Shown piece by piece: positions 1 through 9,015 of a stretch of 64,000 bases of DNA (its first letter is position 1; the number at the start of each line of letters is the position of its first letter). The DNA is taken from NCBI GenBank assembly GCA_965213925.1, contig OZ243927.1, positions 1,504,001-1,568,000 of the forward strand, given 5' to 3'. The DNA is from Trueperaceae bacterium. GTDB taxonomy: Bacteria; Deinococcota; Deinococci; Deinococcales; Trueperaceae. Under the pieces are notes generated by a model, which ran no database searches, was not told the origin of the DNA, and saw nothing but the letters and a program-made list of their open reading frames with translations. The position numbers and the translations under genes were made by a program.

Positions 1-2080
1 CATCGCCGGGCACGCCCCGGAGGAAGGAGCGGTCGATTTTAAGCGTTTGGATCGGCAGATTTTTGAGGTACGAGAGCGACGAGTAGCCCGTTCCGAAGTC
101 GTCAACCGAGACCTCTACGCCGCGCTCGTTGAGCTGGCGCAGCAGCGCAACCGTATCCTCGAGGGGTTCTAAAAAGAGGTTTTCTGTGACCTCTAAGCAC
201 ACGTGTTTGGGTGCTAGCGCGCTCTTTTCTAAAACCTCGTCTAGCGTGTTCGTCAAATTCGCACCTATCTGCGCAGCCGAAATGTTGACGGCGATGGTGA
301 GCGGATGTCCCTCGTCGTGCCACGTTTTCGCCTGCTTAAAGGCGGTGTGCATGAGCCAGCGGCTCAGGGGCTCGATAAGCCCGGTCTCTTCGGCGAGCGG
401 GATAAAGGTCGCAGGCGGAATCATGCCGTGTTCGGGATGAGGCCAGCGCAAGAGCGCCTCCGCTTTGACGATTTGACCCGTCTTTAAGGACCAGATGGGC
501 TGATAATGCACCACAAACTCCCTATATTCCAAAGCGCGGCGCAGGTCGTTTTCCAGTTCTAAGCGCTCGACCGCCTGCGCGTACATGGTCTTTTCGAACA
601 CCGCGGTGTGCGCCTTGCCGTGTTTTTTTGCCTGGTGCAGCGCAGTGTGGACGCGGCGCAGCATCTCGGTCGGCGCGGGTTTTTCTTCATTACCACTGCG
701 GATAAGATCACCGACTAACGCAACGCCGATCCCTACGCTTAGCCGCTGCTCGCGCCCCTGTATGTAAAAGGGTTGCGCGAACGCCTCGCGTATCCCTCCG
801 CTCACCCGCATGGCGTCTCTCTGAGCGTCTACACAGGTAAGCAAGACGAATTCATCGCCGCTCAGGTGCGCTAAGGTGTCCTCTGACGGTAGTCCTCCTT
901 TGAGGCGCTCCGCTACTGAGCGCAGAAGTTCGTCGCCGAAGTCGTGTCCTAAACTGTCGTTGATGTTTTGAAAGTTGTCGAGGTTGAGCATGAACAAAGC
1001 TTGATCGTCTCTCGCCTCCTCTAACTGCTCCAAGAGGTACTCGCGGTTGGGAAGCCCCGTCAAGGGGTCGTGGCGGGTGCGGTAACGAAGCTTCGTTTCG
1101 GTCTCTTGCCGCGCCGACGTGACTGCGCCTAAGACCAAACTGACGAGCGTTAGCGTCATAAGACCGAACTGCAAAGCTAGACCGCCGCTTTCACCAAATG
1201 AAGGTCCGACGACCGCCGCAATAAAGATATTTGCTAGCAGCACCGCGAACGCGACCACTTCAAAGCCGTACCACACCGCCACAGCGATAAGCGGCACGAA
1301 GGCGAAGTAGTCGCGGTTGAGGTTGAGCCCGCGCTGACCCCGGTACGCGAGCACGACCCCGAGTACTATAAAGGCGAACAGCATACCCCCCAGCCACCAT
1401 TCACGGCGCGTGGGTAGACGCAATTCAACGTTGGATTGAGGCGAGTCGTCCGTCCACAACCACGGGGTTAGCCGCAAGGAGATAAGGAGGGGCGGCGCGA
1501 GTAAACCTATACCTGTGGCGTCACCCGCCCAGAACTGCATCGTCCTGAGCAACCACTCCCGCCACACTTCTACGCCCGCCAGCGCCAGCGTCGTCACGCT
1601 GAAAGCGGCGATAACGAGCGGAAAGAGCGTACTCGAGAAGAGGAACCAGCTTACGTCACGCAGGGTGTAGAGGCGCGGGTTGACCGCCAATTTTCTAAGA
1701 AAGAGGACCAAAGCGCCGTAGCCTAGTGCTTGGGTGAGGGCGTAGAGCACGGTAAGCGCATAGGTGGCTACAAGAGGCAGCTCAGACTGGGAGACGAGCG
1801 AAACTTTGGTGATTAAAACGGTGAGGGCGACAGCGGGCAGGTAGCGCAACCCGAACACCCATAAGAGCACGACGTTCAAGGCCGCTGCCGGGAACCAAAC
1901 CGCCACTTCTGCAGCAGGAATAAAGGCGGCAGAAGCCCAGTCGAGAAGAAGGTAACTAAAGGCGTAGACGAGCACGGTAACGGCGGCGCGCGCCCACGCG
2001 GGTAGCGCGAGCCAGCGGCGCTCTGCCCGGCTTTGCGTTCCTTCATTTTGTGGTCGATGTGTTTGAGTCGTCTGATTCAC
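1..2080 (-). CDS. MASE1-GGDEF-EAL diguanylate cyclase/phosphodiesterase (3' end runs off window; absent from ORF track)
   Basis: Manual translation from GTG 2080 (GAGG RBS upstream). MASE1-like TM region (VAVWFPAAAL, FWAGDATGI), HDPLTGLPNR, degenerate SGDEF, then EAL domain (VVHYQPI, EALLRW, DDFGTGYSSLSYL, LKIDRSF). The start and the window edge are in the same frame. Confidence 0.9.
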   Translation of the reverse strand, partial: MNQTTQTHRPQNEGTQSRAERRWLALPAWARAAVTVLVYAFSYLLLDWASAAFIPAAEVAVWFPAAALNVVLLWVFGLRYLPAVALTVLITKVSLVSQSELPLVATYALTVLYALTQALGYGALVLFLRKLAVNPRLYTLRDVSWFLFSSTLFPLVIAAFSVTTLALAGVEVWREWLLRTMQFWAGDATGIGLLAPPLLISLRLTPWLWTDDSPQSNVELRLPTRREWWLGGMLFAFIVLGVVLAYRGQRGLNLNRDYFAFVPLIAVAVWYGFEVVAFAVLLANIFIAAVVGPSFGESGGLALQFGLMTLTLVSLVLGAVTSARQETETKLRYRTRHDPLTGLPNREYLLEQLEEARDDQALFMLNLDNFQNINDSLGHDFGDELLRSVAERLKGGLPSEDTLAHLSGDEFVLLTCVDAQRDAMRVSGGIREAFAQPFYIQGREQRLSVGIGVALVGDLIRSGNEEKPAPTEMLRRVHTALHQAKKHGKAHTAVFEKTMYAQAVERLELENDLRRALEYREFVVHYQPIWSLKTGQIVKAEALLRWPHPEHGMIPPATFIPLAEETGLIEPLSRWLMHTAFKQAKTWHDEGHPLTIAVNISAAQIGANLTNTLDEVLEKSALAPKHVCLEVTENLFLEPLEDTVALLRQLNERGVEVSVDDFGTGYSSLSYLKNLPIQTLKIDRSFLRGVPGD

Positions 2081-2208
2081 GTCGCTATCCTCGTATAAAC
2101 TCTGCATAAATCTGCCGCACCTCAACCATACCCTAAAGTTGCGCCACACCGAACCGATATTTCAAGTTAAAGCTAGCATTCTTAGCCACAAACGGGTACG
2201 CTCAGACT

Positions 2209-3087
2209 ATGTCTTTCACACTCCGAGGCGTCATTCCACCTGTCCCTACACCTTTTACTGAATCGGGTGAGCTTGACGTGTCCGCGTTGCAGAATCTAAT
2301 AGCGGCGCTCGAGCCGCGTGTAGACGGCTTTCTCATCTTAGGCAGCAACGGCGAAGCGGTCTTTTTAAGCGAAGCGGAGCGCCGCACGGTATTAGAGGCG
2401 GCGAGAGAGGTCATTCCCAAAAATAAACCGATGATCGCGGGCACGGGTGGCGAAACGACGCGGCTCGTACAGAAACGTAACGAAGTCGCGGCAGAGGTTG
2501 GCGCGGACTACGTGCTCGTTTTAGCGCCGCACTACTACAAGGGCAACATGAGCGAACAGGTCTTACAAACGCACTTCGAGCGCGTGGCGAACGAGAGCCC
2601 GCTGCCGCTTATGCTCTACAACATCCCCGCCGCCACGACGCTCAGTTTGCCGCCTAGCCTCATCGCTACGCTCGCCAAACACGAAACCATCATCGGCTTA
2701 AAGGATTCCTCGGGCAACGTCGGCGCGCTCACCGAGATCATGCGGCTCGTCCCTGAAAACTTTGTGGTTTTTACGGGCAACGCGCCCACCCTCTTAGCGG
2801 CGCTGTCGCTCGGGGCAAGGGGCGGCATCTTGGCAGTGGCGAACGTCGCGGCGGAGGAATACGGGCAGATAGTAGCGCACTTTGGAAGAGGTGAAATAGA
2901 GCAGGCTCGAGCCCTACAACTCAACATGAACCCACTCGCTTTAGCCGTGACCTCTCGCTACGGCGTACCGGGGCTTAAAGCGGTCTTGAGGATGCAAGGA
3001 CATGAGGCGGGCTATCCGAGGGCACCCCTTTTGGATGTGAGCGAAGAGGTTGTGAGGGAGCTTGAAGGGTTGGTCTCGAGCCGTTGA
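2209..3087 (+). CDS. dihydrodipicolinate synthase (DapA)-family aldolase
   Basis: GSNGE, YNIP, Schiff-base motif GLKDSSG; 292 aa TIM-barrel size. Confidence 0.9.
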   Translation: MSFTLRGVIPPVPTPFTESGELDVSALQNLIAALEPRVDGFLILGSNGEAVFLSEAERRTVLEAAREVIPKNKPMIAGTGGETTRLVQKRNEVAAEVGADYVLVLAPHYYKGNMSEQVLQTHFERVANESPLPLMLYNIPAATTLSLPPSLIATLAKHETIIGLKDSSGNVGALTEIMRLVPENFVVFTGNAPTLLAALSLGARGGILAVANVAAEEYGQIVAHFGRGEIEQARALQLNMNPLALAVTSRYGVPGLKAVLRMQGHEAGYPRAPLLDVSEEVVRELEGLVSSR

Positions 3088-3094
3088 GAGCCTA

Positions 3095-3192
3095 CTTCGT
3101 AGGGGGATTCATGAATCCCCCCTACGAAGCAGCGCTGTATTCGAATTGATGTGAGACGGCGCTGTAGGGGCAGGGTTCAACCCTGCCCCTAC
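3095..3192. repeat. pair of GTAG-type REP palindromes (BIME-like)
   Basis: CTTCGTAGGGGGATTCA/TGAATCCCCCCTACGAAG (3095-3129) and GTAGGGGCAGGGTT-C-AACCCTGCCCCTAC (3164-3192). Confidence 0.8.
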
Positions 3193-3342
3193 GCCGTTCG
3201 CACGGGTGGACGAATGCGTAACGGCGCGCGAAAAAATTTCGTATCCTCACGCTCCTTTTTCTCATAAGGTAGACTGCGCCATCAAATTCATGAGAGGAGT
3301 GTCTATCCGCTTCGGACGAACGTCTTTTGAGAGAGGAGCTTC

Positions 3343-5073
3343 ATGAGGTATTTCTACTTCGTTTTACTCGTTATTTTTATGGCAAGCGCCGCCGCGCAGA
3401 GCACCCAGACGGGCACGGGCGGCGCGGTCGCGACTGTAGACGAACTCGCTACGCAAGTCGGCATTCAAGTGTTAGAGGAGGGCGGCAACGCCGTAGACGC
3501 GGCGATTGCGGCAGCCGCGGTCATCAACGTCACGCAACCCTTTAGCGCGGGCATCGGCGGGGGCGGCTTCATGCTGGTGTATCTAGCCGAAGAGGACCGT
3601 GTGGTCACCATCGACTCCCGCGAGATGGCTCCTCTAGCGGCAACACCGGACATGTTCATCGATGAGGAGACGGGCGAGTCGATCCCCTTTCGCCCGGAGC
3701 GCATCTCGAGCGGTCTCTCTGTCGGCGTACCTGGCACGCTAGCGGGCTGGCAAGTCGCTCTGGAGCGCTACGGCACGATCAGTTTGGCGGAAGCCTTAGA
3801 ACCTGCCACCGAAATCGCCGAAGAGGGTTTCGAGGTCAACCAGGTCTTTCACGACCAGGTGGAGGGAAACTTAGAGAGGTTCGAGGCGTTCACCTCGACG
3901 AGCGACCTCTTTTTGGAGGACGGCGCACCGCCCGAGGTCGGCAGCACCTTTACGAACCCCGAACTCGCCGAGACCTTTCGTCTCATCGCTGAAGAGGGCA
4001 CGGACGTTTTTTACCGGGGCGAGCTGGGCGAAGACCTCGTCGCCGCCGTACAAAATCCGCCGACAGTGGATAGCCCCCCCTTCGAGGTGCGCCCGCAAGA
4101 GATGACGATGGCCGATTTGGACCTCTACGACGCCTTGGTGCGCGAACCCGTGAGCGCCGAGTATCGCGGCTACACGGTCTACGGCATGGCTCCGCCGACG
4201 AGCGGCGGTCTCACGATTGGACTTATTCTCAACCTCTTGGAATCGTCCGAGCTGAGTGACTTGCCCGAGGCGGAGGCGCTCCATAGGATGATAGAAGCGA
4301 GCCGTTTAGCCTACTCGGATCGGGGCGCTTACATGGGTGACGCGGACTTCGTGAATGTCCCGGTTGAAGGGCTCCTCTCCCAAGACTATGCGGATATGAG
4401 AAGTGGGGAAATCACGCTCGAGGCGGGCAGCGACCCCGCGCCGGGCAACCCGTTCGATTTCCAAAACGACCCGAGCCCCCCGCTCGGACCACCCGACGAA
4501 GCCGACACCGAAAGCGAGAGCACCACGCACCTCGTCACAGCGGACGAAGCGGGCAACGTGGTCAGTTTCACGACGACGATTGAACAGATCGGCGGCAGCG
4601 CCATCGTCGTGCCGGGGCGCGGCTTTTTACTCAACAACGAACTCACCGACTTCAGCAGCGACCCGGTGGGACCGAACGCGCCCGAACCTCTCAAGCGCCC
4701 GCGTTCGTCGATGTCGCCCACGATTGTGCTCGAGGACGGTAGCTTGCGCATGGCGCTCGGCACGCCAGGCGGCAGCACCATCATCACGACGGTGACGCAA
4801 ATTCTTCTCAACGTCATCGACTTCGAGATGAGCTTGCCCGAAGCCATCAACGCGCCGAGGCTGTCGCAGCGCAACGGCGACGACACGACCGTTGAGGAGA
4901 GCGTGCCCGAGGAGCTTCTGACCGAACTAGGGGTGTTCGGACACACCTTTAGTGAAACGGACGAGCTAGGCGCGGCGGTTGGACTCTACTTCACCGAAGA
5001 GGGCGCAATCGTTGCCGCTGCTGAAGCGGAGCGGCGGGGCGGGGGAACCGCGAGGGTTGTTTCTCCAGAGTAG
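3343..5073 (+). CDS. ggt: gamma-glutamyltransferase, secreted
   Basis: Signal peptide; GGNAVDAA, GIGGGGF, IDSRE, autoprocessing STTH, LLNNELTDF, KRPRSSMSP, GTPGG. Confidence 0.95.
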   Translation: MRYFYFVLLVIFMASAAAQSTQTGTGGAVATVDELATQVGIQVLEEGGNAVDAAIAAAAVINVTQPFSAGIGGGGFMLVYLAEEDRVVTIDSREMAPLAATPDMFIDEETGESIPFRPERISSGLSVGVPGTLAGWQVALERYGTISLAEALEPATEIAEEGFEVNQVFHDQVEGNLERFEAFTSTSDLFLEDGAPPEVGSTFTNPELAETFRLIAEEGTDVFYRGELGEDLVAAVQNPPTVDSPPFEVRPQEMTMADLDLYDALVREPVSAEYRGYTVYGMAPPTSGGLTIGLILNLLESSELSDLPEAEALHRMIEASRLAYSDRGAYMGDADFVNVPVEGLLSQDYADMRSGEITLEAGSDPAPGNPFDFQNDPSPPLGPPDEADTESESTTHLVTADEAGNVVSFTTTIEQIGGSAIVVPGRGFLLNNELTDFSSDPVGPNAPEPLKRPRSSMSPTIVLEDGSLRMALGTPGGSTIITTVTQILLNVIDFEMSLPEAINAPRLSQRNGDDTTVEESVPEELLTELGVFGHTFSETDELGAAVGLYFTEEGAIVAAAEAERRGGGTARVVSPE

Positions 5074-5090
5074 AGAATTCGTTGATGTGG

Positions 5091-5270
5091 CGCAGGGGTA
5101 ATTCGTGAATTGCCCCTGCGAAACAGCGCTGCATTCGGTTACAAGTGGTGCGGCGCTGATGCGAGAGCAGGTTCTAAACTCATCCCTACGCCACCGCGAT
5201 TTCTACATTCTTTGATGGTGCTCTTTGATGGCGCTATCCCGTAGAGTGATTCGTGAATCACCTCTACGCC
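5091..5270. repeat. three degenerate REP palindromes, same family as 3095-3192
   Basis: CGCAGGGGTAATTC-GT-GAATTGCCCCTGCG, shared linker CAGCGCTG(C/T)ATTCG...CGGCGCTG, GTAGAGTGATTC-GT-GAATCACCTCTAC. Confidence 0.75.
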
Positions 5271-5409
5271 GCCCACTCCCTCACCCGCATAGAACGCGCC
5301 GCTTTGCGAAAGTGCTCCGTTCACTACGGTGCGTCCGCTCTCCCTGACTTGTGAATTCTCGCACCAAGAGACGTCCGCAACCTCTTGGCGGTGCTAGACT
5401 AAACTCACT

Positions 5410-6558
5410 ATGGAACTGCTCCACAAAGCCGCCTCCGGCGAGAGACTAAGTTTAGAAGAGGGCGTCAAACTCTACGACCTACCTCTTTTCAACCTCGCCG
5501 CCGCCGCCAACGCCGTACGTCAAAGACGCACCGACCCCGAGACCGTCACCTACCTAATTGACCGCAACATCAACTACTCGAACGTGTGCAACGTCGGCTG
5601 CGCCTTCTGCGGTTTTTACCGCACCCAAAAGCAGGCGGACGCCTACACGCTTTCGTTTGAAGAGATTAGCCAAAAGGTTCGTGAATTGGAATCTTTAGGT
5701 GGTACGCGCATCTTGATGCAGGGCGGGGTGAATCCGCACTTAGAGTTCACCTGGTACCTAGACCTCATGAAGCACCTCAAAACGCACCACCCGAGCATCC
5801 GCGTCGAAGCCTTCTCGCCCGAAGAGATTAAAGGGATGAGCAAGCTCACGGGAATGAGCAGCCTAGAGGTTTTGAAGGAGCTGCAAGCCGCCGGTTTGGA
5901 CGGTCTCCCTGGCGGCGGCGGCGAGATGCTCGTAGACGAGGTGCGCCACGCTAGGCACATCTCACCTGCTCGCATCAGTACGGACGACTGGCTCCGCGTG
6001 ATGGAAGAGGCGCAGTCGCTCGGGCTCTACACAACAGCTACGATGGTGATTGGCTTTGGTGAGACACCCGCGCAGCGCATCCAAAGTATGAAGCGCATCC
6101 GTGACCAGCAGGATAAGTCTTTAGCGAAATACGGCAACGGTTTTTCCGCCTTTATCTCCTGGACGCTGCAAACCGAAGGCGTCCGCGTGGAGGGCAAAGC
6201 GCCCGGCGCAGGAGCTCACGAATACTTGCAAAACCTCGCGGTGAGCCGCCTCTTTTTAGACAACATCGACAACTTCCAAGCCTCATGGCCCACGATGGGC
6301 TTCAAGGTGGCGCAAACCGCGCTGCATTTCGGTGCGAACGACTTCGGCTCGACGATGCTAGAAGAGAACGTCGTCTCGCAAGCCGGCGCGAAAAACGACC
6401 ACGCGCCTGAGCGTGAAATCATCCGCCAAGTGACCGAAGCGGGCTACATTCCCCGGCAACGCGACAGCTTGTACGACATTGTCCACACGCCTGATGCGGC
6501 GGCGATTTTGGCGAATAAGCCGGTGGTGGACTTTGAGGCGCTGCCTGCAATTGGTTGA
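5410..6558 (+). CDS. mqnC: cyclic dehypoxanthine futalosine synthase (radical SAM)
   Basis: TYLIDRNINYSNVC, CxxxCxxC (CNVGCAFC), PGGGGEML, GANDFGSTMLEENVV. Confidence 0.9.
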   Translation: MELLHKAASGERLSLEEGVKLYDLPLFNLAAAANAVRQRRTDPETVTYLIDRNINYSNVCNVGCAFCGFYRTQKQADAYTLSFEEISQKVRELESLGGTRILMQGGVNPHLEFTWYLDLMKHLKTHHPSIRVEAFSPEEIKGMSKLTGMSSLEVLKELQAAGLDGLPGGGGEMLVDEVRHARHISPARISTDDWLRVMEEAQSLGLYTTATMVIGFGETPAQRIQSMKRIRDQQDKSLAKYGNGFSAFISWTLQTEGVRVEGKAPGAGAHEYLQNLAVSRLFLDNIDNFQASWPTMGFKVAQTALHFGANDFGSTMLEENVVSQAGAKNDHAPEREIIRQVTEAGYIPRQRDSLYDIVHTPDAAAILANKPVVDFEALPAIG

Positions 6559-6567
6559 GCGCTGGGT

Positions 6568-6789
6568 CTATAGGGCGCTTTCGAATTCTCGAGCCGTCAA
6601 ACCCGCCGAGCGAATGAGACTGCGCAATGTACCTCTTGCAACCTCTTTATGGTTTGGAACGGACAGCGACGCTATTTCGCCTTCCTTGACCATGATGATA
6701 TGACTGCCCTTTTGCCGCGCTACTTGCCACCCCAATTTTTCAAAAGTTTTGACAACCTCTTTGCCGCTCAGCACTGGAAGCGGTGGCAC
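6568..6789 (-). CDS. hicA: HicA-family mRNA interferase toxin
   Basis: LPVLSGKEVVK...RQKGSH...VPNH...GTLRSLI; GTG 6789 overlaps the hicB stop (the 124-aa track ORF is over-extended). Confidence 0.9.
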   Translation of the reverse strand: MPPLPVLSGKEVVKTFEKLGWQVARQKGSHIIMVKEGEIASLSVPNHKEVARGTLRSLIRSAGLTAREFESAL

Positions 6790-6995
6790 TAAGCGCTCAC
6801 CTCTATCTGCTTGGTTTCTAAAGTGAGCGGAAGTCCACGTTCTGAACGCACCTCCAAGCAGAGCTGAATCGCTTCTCTGACATTTTCTAGCGCCTTTTCC
6901 TTGGTCTCTCCTTGGCTTACGCAGCCAGGAACCGAAGGACATTCAGCAATCCAGACACCATCTTCGTCGCGGTCTAAGGTCACGGTAAATGTCAT
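6789..6995 (-). CDS. hicB: short HicB-family antitoxin
   Basis: DEDGVWIAECPSVPGCVSQGETKEKALENVREAI; no DNA-binding C-terminal domain. Confidence 0.9.
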   Translation of the reverse strand: MTFTVTLDRDEDGVWIAECPSVPGCVSQGETKEKALENVREAIQLCLEVRSERGLPLTLETKQIEVSA

Positions 6996-7019
6996 AACCT
7001 AAAGTCTATCAGTTCACGC

Positions 7020-7250
7020 TTATTTTTTGTGGACGCTCATCAACTGCCACCATCTACAATTGCGGCAGCGTTTGAGCACCAACTTCGTACCGTAAGCATA
7101 AGAGCGGAGCCCGCCGTAGTCCCACACGTTTGACTCATACCCGCATCCCAGACAGGTGACGAGCCACGTTTTAGACCGCCGCTCAACCTCTTCGAAAAAG
7201 CGTTTTGGCAAGATGGCTTTGAAAGCTTTCTGAGCAAGGCTTAAGCTCAT
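7020..7250 (-). CDS. small hypothetical zinc-ribbon protein
   Basis: ATG 7250 directly after the upstream stop; two CxxC pairs (CLGC, CRNC). Confidence 0.6.
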   Translation of the reverse strand: MSLSLAQKAFKAILPKRFFEEVERRSKTWLVTCLGCGYESNVWDYGGLRSYAYGTKLVLKRCRNCRWWQLMSVHKK

Positions 7251-7251
7251 A

Positions 7252-7644
7252 CTACTCTCGAGCGTCTTCCAACGCTTTCTCAATCACGTAATCACCGTAC
7301 CGCTTCGTGATTTCTTCCACCATGACGTTATTGTAGGCGTCGAGGTAATCCCAGGACCTATCTTTTGCGTCGGCGTGGTCACGCCCTACCTCTATGGAGA
7401 AGCGCGTTTGAAGTATCTGATCGAATTCAGGAGGGGTAGTTATGAGGGGGCCCCAAAGCTCGAGCCTAAGCTTCCCCTGTTCAATATCCTTCAAAGCTGC
7501 GTCGTGTCCCATTTTCTCTATGGTGAAGTCTTCGATTACCGGTGGTTTGACCTCTATCCATTTGTCTTTTGCTGTCGGTGACGTTCCCCACTGACACCCC
7601 GACAAAACACACAACAAAAAGAAGGTCGAAATGAGCTTTTTCAT
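7252..7644 (-). CDS. hypothetical lipoprotein
   Basis: MKK + hydrophobic stretch + lipobox LSGC. Confidence 0.7.
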   Translation of the reverse strand: MKKLISTFFLLCVLSGCQWGTSPTAKDKWIEVKPPVIEDFTIEKMGHDAALKDIEQGKLRLELWGPLITTPPEFDQILQTRFSIEVGRDHADAKDRSWDYLDAYNNVMVEEITKRYGDYVIEKALEDARE

Positions 7645-7693
7645 TTCGACCAGTTTAGCAGAGAGAGGTTATTCAAGAACGCAGGACTGTCAC

Positions 7694-8245
7694 TCAAGCC
7701 GCCTGCGCACCTTTGAGCTTATCCCCGAACTCTTTCCTCATCTTCCGCACCTTGGGGTCAATCACCACGCGGCAGTAGCCCTGACTCGGGTTCTGCTTGT
7801 AGAAGTTCTGGTGATACGTCTCCGCTTCGTAAAACTCAGACGCGGGCGTGATTTCGGTGACAATGGAGTTGCGGTACAGCTCGGCGGCGTCCGCTTCGGC
7901 TTTGGACTTTTCGGCAATCTCTTTTTGCTCGTCGCTGTGGTAAAAAATCGCCGAGCGGTACTGCGTGCCGGTGTCCGCGCCTTGGCGGTTTAAGGTCGTC
8001 GGGTCGTGCGTGCGCCAGAAGACGTACAAGAGGTCTTCGAAAGAGATAACTTGCGGGTCGAAGGTGATTTGGATGACCTCGGCGTGACCCGTGTCGCCGC
8101 CGCAGATTTCGCGGTAGGTGGGGTTGGGCGTCTCGCCGCCCGTGTAGCCGGAAACGACTCTGTGAACACCTTTTAAGTCTTGAAAGACAGCTTCGACGCA
8201 CCAGAAGCAGCCTGCGCCGAGGGTTGCGGTTTCTGTATTTGCCAT
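7694..8245 (-). CDS. msrA: peptide methionine sulfoxide reductase A
   Basis: GAGCFWC, GHAEV, HDPT, QYRSAIF, AETYHQ. Confidence 0.97.
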   Translation of the reverse strand: MANTETATLGAGCFWCVEAVFQDLKGVHRVVSGYTGGETPNPTYREICGGDTGHAEVIQITFDPQVISFEDLLYVFWRTHDPTTLNRQGADTGTQYRSAIFYHSDEQKEIAEKSKAEADAAELYRNSIVTEITPASEFYEAETYHQNFYKQNPSQGYCRVVIDPKVRKMRKEFGDKLKGAQAA

Positions 8246-8285
8246 GAAGTTATTTTACGGCAATATTAGGAGGTCCGTTGCTATC

Positions 8286-8678
8286 CTACAGACAGTTGGG
8301 CCAAAGCGAGGCGAGATAGACCCTAGCCGCCTCTAAAAATGCCCACCCTTCGCGGATGACCTCTTCAACATCCTCTGCCAAAACAGGCGAGTTGATGGAG
8401 TAGTCCCCGATTTGCCGCAGCTCGAACGCTTCAATCATCTTTTGATGAAAATGAGGGGGAAGCACCCCGTCTTTAGCGAAATGCAAACCATACTGAGCGG
8501 TAGTTGCTTTGTGACTCGAGAAGCGTAAGTTCTTGGTGGCAAGCAAAGCCTCGGCGATATAGAAATAACTGTAGTAAGCCCTAGAAGCAGAGAAGTCGTA
8601 GTCGCCTTTTTGAAAGATAGTTTCCGCGACTTCGGGCGAGCGCTTTGCTTTGTCTAAAAGTGCCAACGACGGATTCAT
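8286..8678 (-). CDS. HEPN domain protein (MNT-HEPN pair)
   Basis: SRAYY motif, SSH, AFELRQIGDY; ATG 8678 overlaps the MNT stop (ATGA). Confidence 0.85.
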   Translation of the reverse strand: MNPSLALLDKAKRSPEVAETIFQKGDYDFSASRAYYSYFYIAEALLATKNLRFSSHKATTAQYGLHFAKDGVLPPHFHQKMIEAFELRQIGDYSINSPVLAEDVEEVIREGWAFLEAARVYLASLWPNCL

Positions 8679-9007
8679 AAAGGGATACCTTCGGCGTGTA
8701 CATTCCAAAAAAGTGGGTCTTGCGAGAGGTGATACGCCTCGAGGCTCACAGGGACTAAGGTCAAGAGATGCCCGGATTCTAAAGCGAAAGGGTAAACCAC
8801 ATCTGAAGAGCGCATTATCTCTCTGCTCGAGCTAACCTCCCCCTTCAGCAACAAAAGCAAATCCACATCGCTATGCTCCGTCCAATCTCCCCTCGCATAC
8901 GAACCGAAGAGGATAAGCCCAGCGTAACGCTCGCCGTAAAAGTCTTTAAGGCGCTCGTCAAGCTGCGCTAGTAACTGACGTAAATCTTTGGGTAACGCTA
9001 ACGGCAT
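8675..9007 (-). CDS. minimal nucleotidyltransferase (MNT)
   Basis: LFGSYARG...SDVDLL (GSx10DxD). Confidence 0.9.
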   Translation of the reverse strand: MPLALPKDLRQLLAQLDERLKDFYGERYAGLILFGSYARGDWTEHSDVDLLLLLKGEVSSSREIMRSSDVVYPFALESGHLLTLVPVSLEAYHLSQDPLFWNVHAEGIPL

Positions 9008-9015
9008 ACTCCAGT

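Noticed and set aside
3095..5270. CRISPR array
   Set aside because: Repeats are diverged palindromes with conserved linkers rather than unique spacers; no cas genes
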